DNA of 64,000 nucleotides, taken from the NCBI RefSeq assembly GCF_022539665.2, contig NC_081333.1, positions 186,001 through 250,000 on the forward strand, in the 5' to 3' direction. A program made the position numbers and the translations under genes. The DNA comes from Daphnia carinata (taxonomy: Eukaryota). This document shows positions 14,021 through 26,169 of the stretch, in pieces; the first letter of the stretch is position 1; the number at the start of each line of letters is the position of its first letter. The notes beneath the pieces are model-generated. The model did not search any database. It was not told where the DNA came from and was given only the letters and a program-made list of their open reading frames with translations.

Positions 14021-14613
14021 TTAACCATAGTAGGAACCACCGTAGTATCCCTGGTTTCCGTATGAGCCGTAGCCACCTGGACGGCCACCGTAATTGCTAT
14101 ATCCGTGATTATATCCAGAATATCCCTGGTTGTATCCACCATAACCACCGGGACGTCCACCGTAGCCTCCGTAATTTCCGTAACCTTGATGGCCATAACC
14201 TCCGTACTGATGTCCTATTATTTCGATAAACAATGGGAATAAAACGGTCAGTGCTTCACAATGCAAAGTCTTGTTTAATGTGAGTTCCAAACTATGGCAA
14301 TATACATCTGGAGCACTTAATCATTAAAGCAATGCAATTCTATCAAATGTAACTAAGGTATTTATCTAATGCAATAAATCTTAACGCAAATACCGTAACC
14401 GTAGCCGGGAGAGCCCAAAGCTGCTCCCAGAATGGCGTTGACAAGTTGGCGACGTTCACGAGCGCCTTCAGCGACGCTGACGAGGGCCAAAACGGCAACC
14501 AGGACGCACAGACTCAACTGTTGTTTTTCCAGTCAGCCAATTGCGAAATACATTAGCATAAGCATTAAGATAATAAAACAAATTATTTATCTTACCAGGA
14601 TGCGACGGCTCAT
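14021..14613 (-). CDS. Secreted Gly/Tyr-rich prepro-peptide, 3 exons
   Basis: MSRRIL|LSLCVLVAVLALVSVAEGA-RERR-QLVNAILGAALGSPGYGY|GHQYGGY...GGSYYG*. TATAAAAA at ~14686. Confidence 0.9.
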
Positions 14614-15660
14614 GATGTTTGTACAGCGACTGTCTATCAGGATTGACGACTGTCAACTGATGTCTAACAGCCATCGTCCGAGGGCTTTTTATACTTTAGA
14701 AAAGCCAAGGCAATGGCCTCGTATAACATTAGAAAAGGAAAAAAAAAAACGGACAATCTCACCCGCGTGATCGTAAACAACACACACACACACACACAGT
14801 ATATATGCGAGGTGTGTGGGTATGCTAAGAATTGTTAGGAAAAAACTCTTTGTCGGCTCATGGCTTTCATAGGGAAGCCCAAGGCAGCCTCGAGTCTTTA
14901 TTTTTCTCAGTGGTAACTGATTTTTTTTAAAAGTTGAGTTTGATATTTTTAAGGATTTATTCCCTGTACCATCTTTCATCTAATAATGACACGACGTGCG
15001 ATGGGAAATCTCTCGTCCCTTGTTTTTGGTGTACATGTCCTCTTGTGATCACGTCGGGATTCGAGAGAATTCTGCAGCACCTAGCAACAGGGTGTTTTCA
15101 ACCTTCGTCGATGAGAAGACACCAAAGATAAAGGTACAACGTCTTTCAAGTGTAACGCAACAACAAACGAGGAAGTATAGCCCTGGGAATATCGAATCAA
15201 GTTGCATGTGGTCGCCAATGAGGTTGAATAAACCTTCGCTATCAACGCTATTTTGATAGCACCGCCGTACCAATTTCATTTGAAACGAAGGTGCAAAGAC
15301 GCGGAAATCATTCGACCGCCGGTTGCTGGTACAATCATAATCAATCACCTTGTTGTTTATACACTTAATTTTTCGTGTGCTTGTTCGGCCATAGCCGGCG
15401 GATGGCACCGCAGCAATGCAACCAGGTATTTCAGCTATGCACACACAACATTCTACCTTGAATAATGCACGAAGCGATGCACACAATTCAAGTCCAAATT
15501 CTTTTGTATTGCGAAATGATTTACATTGTTTTAAAGTTAAATGCACTCAACATATTCCCCGTGAACCAAAATGCAAACAAGTTGAAGACGCGTCATTGCT
15601 TCCATCGCCATCAGCTGTGGCCACGTCTTCGCCCTCAGCTTGGGATGTTGGACGACTGGT

Positions 15661-16937
15661 CTAATCTGCATTCATTGAACGATAATAATGGTGAGCCACA
15701 GCAGACCAGTCGATCGGGTATCTACCACGGCTTGATGTAACACCGAAGTCTTGTTGTTTCACTGCGGACGATTCAGCACCCGCATCGACGGGGACAGTAG
15801 GAGCCTCAGCTTCCGTTTTCGGAGGTGCGTTTCCGCTCAAAAGTTCAGAATAATAAGCCGGATAGCTATTGCCAAAATCGGCCAAATCAGGGATAGAATC
15901 AGGAGCGTCGGAATCGCCTCTGTCTCGAGTTTGAAGAGGACGGTATCCTTTTTTGTTTTTGAAACATTTATGCATTGAATAAATGATTAGGTTTCCAATC
16001 AAAACGTCCTTAGATAAAGGATTATGTACCTGTTGACATTACACCGTAGCCTGGTGCCACAGGATAATAAGGACCAGCACCGGGAACGTAAGTTCCAGGC
16101 ATGTAAGTACCAGCTGTTGGAACGTAAGCTCCGGGCCCGTAAACAGCACCAGGCATGTAAGCCCCAGCTCCGGAAACGTAAGCCCCTGGAACATAAGCGC
16201 CACCCATGTTATTGTATCCAACACCTGTGCAAATGGGTTAGCGAAATCTCTTTCAATCATCAAAGTTTCTTATGGCAGGGGCTTGTTTAACGTCTGCCAA
16301 CTTTAACGTGTTTACCTGTTGTGTAGGGATAGCCATTGCCAGCGTAATTGGCGATACCACTGGCCAAAAGTGTTCCCACTCCAGCTGCTAATGCGTTGGT
16401 CACGAATCCACTTCCTGTTGATTCGTGTTTCTCTTCATTTCTATCATCGAACATCAACTGCTGGTCGTTTACATCGTGTTCGATTCCCCATCCACCTGTT
16501 GCTTCCTGATGCGGTGCTTGCCAGTCTTCACCATTGGCACTGGGTTGAGCCTCAACAATCACAAGCGTTGAAATCAGCGACAACTAAATGGAGCGAGAAC
16601 AGATGAAAAACAAAAGACGGGAGTGATCAAAGGGGGAAAATGAACAGAACACGACAACTAATCAGAGTAAGAGGAAAGGTAAGGAAAATGGCGTGGTAGG
16701 CGTTGAAGCGCAACTTTGGTTGCCACTACTCCAATGGATGACGTGACATTTAAAAATGACAAGGGCAAAGGAGGGAACCACCTGAGGACATGGGGCGTTT
16801 TAAAGTCATAAACAAGTCAAGAAGCAGGATTTGCTGACATAGATGAAATAGATTGTAACTTCTACGGGTTGTTATGTGCTATCTTTTACCAGTAACGCAG
16901 TTGAGGAGAAGTGTCGAATGGTAGAGAGGAGCTGCAT
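15661..16937 (-). CDS. Secreted protein with GAYVPG/GTYMPG repeats and an acidic tail (3' end uncertain)
   Basis: Probable exon 1 MQLLSTIRHFSSTALL, then LSLISTLVIVEAQ..., hydrophobic ALAAGVGTLLASGIA, a YVPG-repeat exon (16030-16223) and an acidic exon (DRGDSDAPD...). Confidence 0.75.
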
Positions 16938-18269
16938 CCTGTCACGTTCGTTGACCTCAGTCGACTGGCAAAGTTCTATTCTGTTTTTTCGCCCTTTGTT
17001 GACCTCACGTTGGTCTGTGTACCTGTCCGCTAGTGGTGTGGACAAATGAACGTGTCGCTCATTCTTTATATCGCTAGGCTAAGGTACAACGACCTCTTTA
17101 TTGGAAAGTGTGTCTCTTTTCTTTTTCCTCCACCAGCAGGAAATGGAGCAATCCATTTTCCATCAACAACCTCCATCTCTGCGTTGGTGAAAATGTATTC
17201 TATTGAGGGGCTGCCGGCTTGTCCGGGTTGTTCAAAACCATGCCTGTTCGACGTGGACAGGTTCTGGCTGACTGTAGCTCTACGTCACTTTGGCAAACAA
17301 ACGTTTTGCAATCAAGATGGAGGTAATCTGGAAACGACAACAGAACAAACAAGAGAAATGTGTCGCATTAAAACTGTTGGATGGCATCTGAACAAGGTGA
17401 TTCTCTTGTGTTTTCTATAGGCAAGGCTATAAGTGCAAAACTGCGATATCTTCGTTGATTGACAGGTGGCAGATTAGAATCACCTGTATTTGAAGCACGT
17501 GAACAACTAAGACGAAAGATTCCACTTGGATTCCTGGTTGCTGTTTGGCCCCGCTATATTTTGTTCTTCTGCCAATGTAATGGCTATCCATCACAATGGA
17601 AAAGGATATGCGAATGTCTATAGCACAAAGATGGGCATCTAGAGATTTTCGAACTTTGCCTTTCCTACGAAACATTTTCAAAGCTCTTAACATCGAATTG
17701 AAGGTCATGGTTGTTTCTCCTACCTGATCTACGATGAAAAATATATTTTCGGAGAAACTGCTGTTTTTTCTTATTTAAATGCCGGTGACAACAGAGGTAA
17801 ATGCTACTTCCTTGTTTGAAGGTTATTGAATTTCAAAAGTGGCCTGTTTTTCTTTCACTTTTTGTTTTTTTTAATTTATGCACCATTTATCAAGAGGCAG
17901 TTGGCCAATGCTACTCAATTCGTTGTCGACTTACATCAGCATAAACAGCCAGAACTTCCGCTTGTTATCTTTCTACACATACTGGCCACTATATTCTTTT
18001 CACGGTGATTTCGAAAATGGGATGCTGCATTTATTTTTAGCTGCAGTTATAGTTAATGGAGTGAAAGAGTGCGGATGCATTTAGAATGTTTCATTGTGTA
18101 ATCGACATGAAAGGTAGACGCTACATGGTGGATTTATAAAAATAAAAACTGCGAGTGATGAAAACGAGAAAAGATATACAAAGCAACGCTGATGATCCAT
18201 CAACCGTTAAGGATTGCAACAGCTTGCTCTATTTAGCTGTGATGATGTTGCAGAGGAACGTGACTCTCG

Positions 18270-18747
18270 CTATCGTTCCTTAAACAAACAGAAATTAATG
18301 CAATCATAAAAACTTGAACGTGAATGATGTCAGCTCAATGAAGAGAGACACTGTACCTTTCGTGATGGCCACCAACTGGGCAGCCACCAATGCCTTTGAT
18401 GATCTCCGTGGACATTTCCATAGCCATAGTATGGTGGCCGATGACCTATCAATCTATTCATCTAATCAAAAGATCGAAGTGCAAATTTTATTGTGTCTAT
18501 ACCGAAACCGTGGTGTTGGCCTGTCAAGGCACTTTCAATGATCACGCCCAAGAAACGCTGGGGTTCACGTTTATGGCGAATAACCGATCCTTCAACGCTG
18601 GATGACATTAAGGAAAGCACAATTCCTAAAAGAACAATTGCCAACCTCCACTATGAATAAGAAAAATAAGCAAAATGATTAGGTAATATGTTATTCCATC
18701 CCTAAACGAGTGAGTTCAGTGTTTACCAAACGGAAGGAGTGAATCAT
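18270..18747 (-). CDS. Secreted prepro-peptide, 4 exons; C-terminal reading frame ambiguous
   Basis: MIHSFRL|WRLAIVLLGIVLSLMSSSVEGSVI-RHKR-EPQRFLGVIIESALTGQHHGF|GHRPPYYGYG...RHWWLPSWWPSRK|ER*. Confidence 0.8.
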
Positions 18748-19383
18748 TGTTTGGGGTCGATCAGGAACGTCTTACGTGCGTATCACAATTGCGACTGAGT
18801 AGAGGCTGAGCTGTTCGATGACTTTCTAGGAACAGGAAACAAAAGGTTAGGTTGCCTCTCTTTAAGGCTTTCCATTCGCCTCTTTTAAAGTCGATTGGCG
18901 GAGGTTACACGGTTCAACTTCAAACAGTTCAGAGTTATATGGGTTGAGATTTATTGGGGGGTGACTAACCTTCAACTAGCATCTTCTTCCTCATTCCAAT
19001 AACAAAACAAAGGAAGGCACAGGTACTCATTTTGTTGGGGGTTTCCAACCCCCCGCGTTTTAAATCACACAACACAAGTTGAAGAAAATGCGGATGGAAT
19101 ATGTGCTGAGGTCAGTGTGTGTATTGGATGGATCAATGAACCCGCAAATGTTGAATCCCCCAACTTTTGAGATGGGAAAGTGAGATATAAATAGCCTGCC
19201 CTAAAAATAGCCGAAAGATAAATGCATGAACTGGTAAGGCGTCCCTGGGCCGGTACAAACCGGATCAAGGAAATTGAAATGGACTGCACGATCGTGCAAC
19301 AAAGATAAATTGATTCGGGATTGTGAAACGGATGTGGAAAGGAAACGAAGCTACAGATATAGGGCCAATCAATCAATTGTCCA

Positions 19384-19952
19384 TCAATGATGGCCATGAT
19401 GATATCCGTGTCCATGCTCGTGGTGTCCGTGTCCACCACTGTGGTGTCTGCACAAAGAATTGAATAACAAAATTACGAAAATGTAAGTCAATTCAATATT
19501 ATTTTCTCTTGAAATGTCAAACGAATTTTACCCTCCATGGTGGCCACCGAAGCCAAAGCCATGCCCATGTCCGTGTCCATGCCCGTGTCCATATCCGTGC
19601 CCGTGTTCGTAATGACCGTGACTGCCATGCCCATGGTAAGATGGAAGATGGCCTACTGTTCCCAATAATACAGCAATTCAAGAACAAGTGACAACGCAAA
19701 GGCAAATATCAATGCAGATACATACTGTAATGCCTAGAACCGTGTCGTTGTCCAGGAAGTGCACTTCCAAGCAGAGCGCCCATTAATCCTCCATGAACGA
19801 CTTGCGATTCCCGTTTGGGACTACTTGCCTCATTGTCAACGGCCAATGCAATAGCAACCAAACACAACTGAAATCAATTGACAGCAAGATGTTAGAATAA
19901 TTGAGTTTGGTAGAGGGTTGTGAGTTCTTACCAGGTAAAATGACCTATTCAT
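19384..19952 (-). CDS. Secreted Gly/His-rich protein, 4 exons
   Basis: MNRSFYL|LCLVAIALAVDNEASSPKRESQVVHGGLMGALLGSALPG...|(HG)n|...HGYHHGHH*. TATAAAT at ~20060. Confidence 0.88.
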
Positions 19953-20465
19953 TTTGAGAGAGGAGGTGCCCCTAAAAACAGTGCGGCAGGTAAGACCCGA
20001 GTACAACGACCCCAACTTGTCGAAAACAACTGGCTCAAATCTTGAATGAACCTATGCAATTTATACGGTCGCTTTCAGTCCGCCTTTGAAACGTTGAACA
20101 AAAGCGAGGGATTGGTGCATCGAGTGATAAACATCAACCCTCGTACGTACCCTGTGAATTGGCAAGTTCAACAGAGGTCTTTGCTCTAGTTTGCCTTGTT
20201 GTTTGCTGTGGCAATCTCAATAACCCAGGAAAACGAAATGGATCCTGTGTAAAGGACAGCAATATTCATTGTGTATTTAACCTCGACGTATAAGTCAGCA
20301 CACAACTCTCTTGTTAACTAGGCAAATAACGATTTCAAACGATAAGCTAAACAAGACGATTGGCGAACATGACAGGGTTACCTATCGCAGTGGTACCAGT
20401 GTTGGTATATCTACCATATCCTTTGACTGTCTGCAAATGTTTTGAGAGCATGATTATGGAAGATG

Positions 20466-21368
20466 TTAAAGAATATGATGACCGTGGCCGTGATTGCCAT
20501 GCCCGTGCCCACCAACACCGTGTCCGCCTGTTCCATGACTTCCAGTTCCACCGTGTCCGTGAGTTACGTGCCCTGTGGATGTTGCCCCGTGAATGTGCCC
20601 ACCAGTTCCATGTCCCCCAATTCCAGCGTGTCCGTAACCACCTCCGTGCCCAGCTGATCCTGTTCCGTGAACGTGGCTGCTAGTTCCGTGGCTTCCAGTT
20701 CCACCGTGTCCATGACCGGTGCCATGACCAGTCGATCCTGTTCCGTGGACGTGAGTGCCAGCTCCGTGCCCACCTGATCCGTAGCCATGTGTTCCTTGTC
20801 CGTGTCCACTACTTGCGTGAATGCCAGTCCCTAATGATCCTAATCCATGTCCGTGTCCTCCACTTAGCCCATGTCCATGTCCGCCTGAGCTTTGGCCGTG
20901 CCCGTGTCCGCCGTAGCTGCCGTGACCACCGTGGTGTGCGCCATGATGGCTGCCGTAACCGGGATAACCACCGTAGAAACCCCCGACAGGCCTGTGGCCA
21001 TGATGGCCATAACTTCCCAAACCAGCCGCATAAAGAGGTGAATAGCCTGGCACTTGTCCATCGGAAAAATGAAAGATTAACACCGCAAGGCCATCGACGT
21101 GCTAACCACTAGATCGCCTTACCGTAACCAGGAATACCACTCTGCCCAGTGAGGACACCTTGCAATAACGCGCCCAGCAATTGCGGCTGACGTTTGATAC
21201 GTGCCCCGTTCTCCGCAACATTCGCTGATAACGTCATTAACGGCAATGTTAATGCAATAAGGAAACCAAACTAAAAAAAAATGGTCTGTTATTTTCTGAA
21301 ATCTGAGCTGATAAAAAAGAGAACATCGTCAGTTGAGAACTTACCATCATACAAAGAGGGCCGTTCAT
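20466..21368 (-). CDS. Secreted Gly/His/Thr-rich protein, at least 3 exons
   Basis: MNGPLCMM|FGFLIALTLPLMTLSANVAENGA-RIKR-QPQLLGALLQGVLTG...|long GHG/HGTG repeat exon. CATATAAA at ~21460. Confidence 0.88.
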
Positions 21369-21703
21369 TTTGGGCAGGTCAGTGGAGCGTACACTGGGTA
21401 TACAGACCTCGCTTAAAACTAACGCACAACTAGTTCAATTTTCTCGAGGGCTGTGCCAGTTTATATGGGGGTCTCGTCAACCAAAGGTCGCTTCCTTTGC
21501 AAAATAAAAAGGTTCATCCGACCTCGTCTGTAGCAGAAAACGGTGCGATAAAAATCAACGCGCACTCAAGCCCCAACGAAGGTCCACTTAACATACCAAT
21601 AAACAAAACTCCGTTTATTTGCATTTGCAGTCAACGCTGATTGATTTGAACATTTTCTTTTTTTTTTTGCAAGATAACTGTGTAAGCATTAAACAAAAAA
21701 ACA

Positions 21704-21986
21704 TCAGCCCATTGTCCGCCGAAGAACTGCCCAGATGGATGCCACAAGTCCGAGGAGTCCGAACGTCCGTTCACTAGGTCGATCTGTTGGTATCGACGTT
21801 TCCTGATCAGCGACGACAACAACATCTCCCTTTGCGTCAGTAACTACGACCAACAGCAACATTAGCAGACCTAAGACTGCCTAAGAATATAAGAGGATCC
21901 ATTAGCGAAAGAGACTGTACAAAATCAAATGGATGTTCCAAAAAAACCGTTATGTCTACCTGGCAATGGAAGAGACGTCGGAGCAT
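21704..21986 (-). CDS. 67-aa prepro-peptide with a predicted amidated amphipathic mature peptide, 2 exons
   Basis: Exon 1 (21960-21986) is MLRRLFHCQ followed by GT. Exon 2 (21704-21880) is AVLGLLMLLLVVVTDAKGDVVVVADQETSIPTDRPSERTFGLLGLVASIWAVLRRTMG*. TATAAAAA at ~22056. Confidence 0.8.
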
Positions 21987-22665
21987 GGCGTTCGTTAAAT
22001 GTCCAACAGACAGAGGAGTTGGCGGTTGAATGCGGACAGCGGACTGATGTCTTGTTTTTATACGGCAAACATGCTAGCGTGCAATATCAACTCTTAATAT
22101 TGACGATACCAATGACGGTCTAACTAAAAAAAAAAAAAAAAACCGAAAGAAAGACATAACAAACCGCGACCTGACGATGGGTGTTGCTGAACGTACGCGA
22201 TAGTCAGCGAATAACTGTAAAATGTAGCCGATGCCAAGAAAACACAAAGGGCGTGTATATGGCCGGCTTTGTGTTTGCTTGCGGTTCCGTTGTTTTCTCG
22301 AATTGTTAGTACGAGAAGAAATCTGTTGAAGATGATGGAATGGCCTGTGCGTAGGGCTGATAGCTAGTACGTTTTCGGTAATTTGAGGAAGCCGAATAAC
22401 TGTTGTTAATTGATGTAATAGATACGTCTAGTGTAGTTCCATTCGATTAGAACTCTAATCAATTCAAATTAGATTGAGCCATCATGAATTTGTGTATTGT
22501 CATCAGCTAGATTCTCTATTCGACGTTTGCTTTCTTGAAATTCAAACGTGTGCGCATAGTTTTGATTTGTTGCAGAATAATAAAGATAAAATTATAAATA
22601 TCAAGAGTAAAGATAGTGCTGCTATGTGGTAATGCAAATGAGCGAATGGATGTCTTTGTTCACAC

Positions 22666-23484
22666 CTAGCCGTGATAATAATAGCGTCTGTGCCCACCGT
22701 GGTAATACTGGGGGCGATACTGCGGCCGGTATTGATAGCCATAATTATATTGCGGACGATATCCGTAATGAGGTTGGGCATAATAACCGCCGTAGTTGTA
22801 CTGAGGATATTCATCGTAATACGCGCTGAAATATCCAACAAAGGGTTATTCATTAAGCTCGTCTAAACAAAGAATAGCGTGATAAAAAATACCATTACCT
22901 GGATCTGTCGTTGTCCCAGCTGGATGACCAGCTTGATCTAGAAGCCCGGGATCGGCTGGACCGATAACTTGAGCGTGAGCGTGAGCTGGAACTCGATCGT
23001 CTTCTGGACCGGTCGTCGTCGAAAAGCCTAGCAAGAGCTACCCGTTTGGCTCTGAACGAATCAATTTCGATCAAGAACTGATCTGTCCCGTCATCTTTCG
23101 ATGAAATGATGTCTTTTTCACTTTGATCTATCGAGGGTTTTAGTGGAGGCAAAGCAGTCGCACTCGATCTGTAAGAAGCATTCGTTTTCTGTTATACTTT
23201 GATCTGCATGGTGTAAATGATTAAAAATTGTTCTTACACCGGAGGATTGAATTGAATTTCATCGAAACCAATCGGTCCGTACATCCATCTGGCTGCTACG
23301 TTATCGTTCTCATCGTCAAATGAGCCCTCAACGAACGGGACCCATTCTCCACCGTCTGTTCCATTGACGGCCGTTGTTAGAACAGGTAACCACAATCCAA
23401 CCTGAATGCAAAGAAGTTCATGTAACATCAAAAATGAGTAGAAAAATGTCATTTTACCAGGTAGAAAATTAAACGAGGTAACAT
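22666..23484 (-). CDS. Secreted protein with an acidic pro-region, a Ser/Arg tract and a Tyr-rich tail, 4 exons
   Basis: MLPRLIFYL|VGLWLPVLTTAVNG...|...RAKR-VALARLFDDDRSRRRSSSSSRSRSS...|AYYDEYPQYNYGGYY...RPQYRPQY...YYYHG*. Confidence 0.85.
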
Positions 23485-25504
23485 CGTCGACGTTGTCTTT
23501 CTCGCCAACTGCCAACAATGAATGCTACGAACGAAATGTGATGCACAAGACAAACTCCTGTTCATCTATATAACGAGCATTGTTGCAGGCCCGTTTACAG
23601 CAAACGGCCTACATACATTAGTCAGGGGAAAAACCTAATAAGGAAATGCTTACGGAAGGGACAAAAGAAATCCCCCGGCCAAATGGCCAAGTAATAAATT
23701 ATTCTATTTAAAATATAGATTTTAAAAAAAAAGACCTTAAATCATAGGCTTCCGGATGCATTGTTGTAGTCTTCACGTCCGTGCTCATCGTCCATTGAAA
23801 GAAGGTGACAGGTGCACCTGTGCAGGTACACTGAATCTGACGATCGCAAGTTCCGTTTTTATACGTGGTGGAATGGGCTCCTGATTCCAACGTGAAGGCA
23901 ACTTCAAAAGAAAAAAAAATTAGAAACAACAGTTTCATTATCGATAAAAGACGTTTAAGATACTTGAAGGACCACCACGGCCATGTGTCTCGTTTTTATT
24001 TTTATGTCAATGGGGCGGAAGAGATGGCCCCTTCATGGGGAAGGGTTTCCTTTTTGTCCTTTGTCTTGGCGTGTCTGAAAGGCACCTTCAAAAGTTCAGT
24101 GACATCACAATAGCTCCCCCTTTCCATCAAAATTTAACGGACAAAAAAAAAAAAACTCCCCCCAAAAATTTCAAGTCCTGATTTAGCGTGAATCACAAGC
24201 TTAATCCGACTATCTCATTTCGTGTTTTCAAAATTCGTGACAACATGAAAGAATCAGTCAGAAAAAACGTCACCCCGCCCCTACGTGTTAATTATACACA
24301 ATATTATACGTTGATCCACACATCAAATAGTAGACAATGATGCGTGGCAAATTCAAAAACCTACAATTAATGATTATACACGTAGGAAAAGCAACTGAGA
24401 TTGACCGACTGTAGTTCAAGGAACTTTGAAGATCAACGACGCCCTTTGGCGCTTTGCCAGTTGCTTCGCTTAGATGGTTACATAAAACAAGGACGCATGT
24501 CTTTCCCTTTTTTGCCCATCTAACTGAGAAGAAAAAAAAAATGAATAATATATTTGAAAAGAAAAGGGGGAAATAAAGCCACCCATAGATAACATGCAAG
24601 AACAGCCTGGCTTTTCTATGTTGTTGTGATCGTCAAGCCGGCCAATTTCACCTTCCAGGCTTGTAAGCAAACGTGCGGGATGAATGACTCTTGTCGTGCT
24701 GGAGCTGTCTTCCCTTCAATGCTTACATTCAGCTATGAAAGAAATACGACAAGCAAGGGGAGTGAATCTACACCTTTAAAAAATTGGATGTCAGAATTCA
24801 CGATAAGACTGTCACGCTCTGTGGTTTCCATTCACGACGACCAACAAAGCCCATCACCTTGTGGGACTTGTTAACTTTTTTTGGCTAAAAAACAATCGCA
24901 ATGGAAAAGCATCGTCATAAATATGGTCTGACCAACGAGGACAAAGCCACTCTTTATTTATTGCACGCTATAGAAAAATGGGGACTGAGTAAAATCGAAA
25001 CTAGATATTATAATGATTATATTAACTCGTCTCCTTAACATCGAGGAAGACGGTGATTAACTCAACGAGCTAGAGAGAGCGTGAATTTCACGTTGGGCGT
25101 GTGAGAACAACAACAACGTGAAGGTGTAACCTTGAACCAACTACCACAAATGAAAGTGATCATTGGTCTCATCCCTTTTCTCTGTGCCGGTGATCTACCG
25201 GAATGGATGTGAACGCGAATGTTGAGTGCATTTCTAAGTAATTCACCTATACGAAAAAAGCTCTCTTCATATTTTCAGTTGACACGGCGACGGAATGTTT
25301 CTCCCGATGTATTTCCATTTTTTGAAAAACATAAACAACCAAAGGCAATTACCGAAATTCAAAGCCACGCTTCCTTTCCGAAAAAACAAACAAAAGAATA
25401 ACGTGATACGAACCGTCAAAAACGTACAAGAAAAATAAAACACGACACTCTCGGACAAAGCTTACGTTCAAATAGGGGATGGCCAAACAGTCTGACCAAT
25501 CCAC

Positions 25505-26097
25505 CTAATGATGTTTCAAGTGCATTGGCTGTTTATGCTGGACAGGTAGGGCTCGATAACGGCCGTATTTAGGGGCAGCTGGTTGGACACCAAACGACTG
25601 AGATTGCTGGTAAAGTTGTTGATAAATGGCAGCGAATGGATCCTGAGGCTTCGCTTGTCCGACGAAACTCGGCTGGGCAACGATCACTTGGCCGTCGTTC
25701 ATAGGCTGGGCAGATCCGCTGAGCAGGGCGGCTAGTTGTTCTCGAGTGACTAGGATACCGTACGGCCTCTGTTGTTCCTGGAATTGTGGTTCACTCAAAC
25801 CCCAGAAAGGTCTTCCGTAATAGGGTCCTACCGGCCTGTTGGGACGATGGCCAGAACCAGGCGGACGGTGTTGTCCTGAATCGATCGATAAACATGTTGC
25901 ATTTTAGCTCAAAAAGAAATCAAAGAGGACCATCCTTTTTAGTTAGAATCTGTACCCCCAGGATAACCGCCTTGTTGGGGATAACCAGGGTATGCGCCTG
26001 GATACCCTCCCTGTACTGGATAACCGCCTCCTGGATAACCTCCACCTGGATAACCCCCACCAGGATAACCCCCACCCGGATAACCTCCACCCGCGTA

Positions 26098-26169
<72 letters not shown>

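Noticed and set aside
15049..15546. 165-aa minus-strand ORF containing VDSEGLF (GTPase DxxG-like)
   Set aside because: No P-loop or other GTPase motifs. Likely chance.
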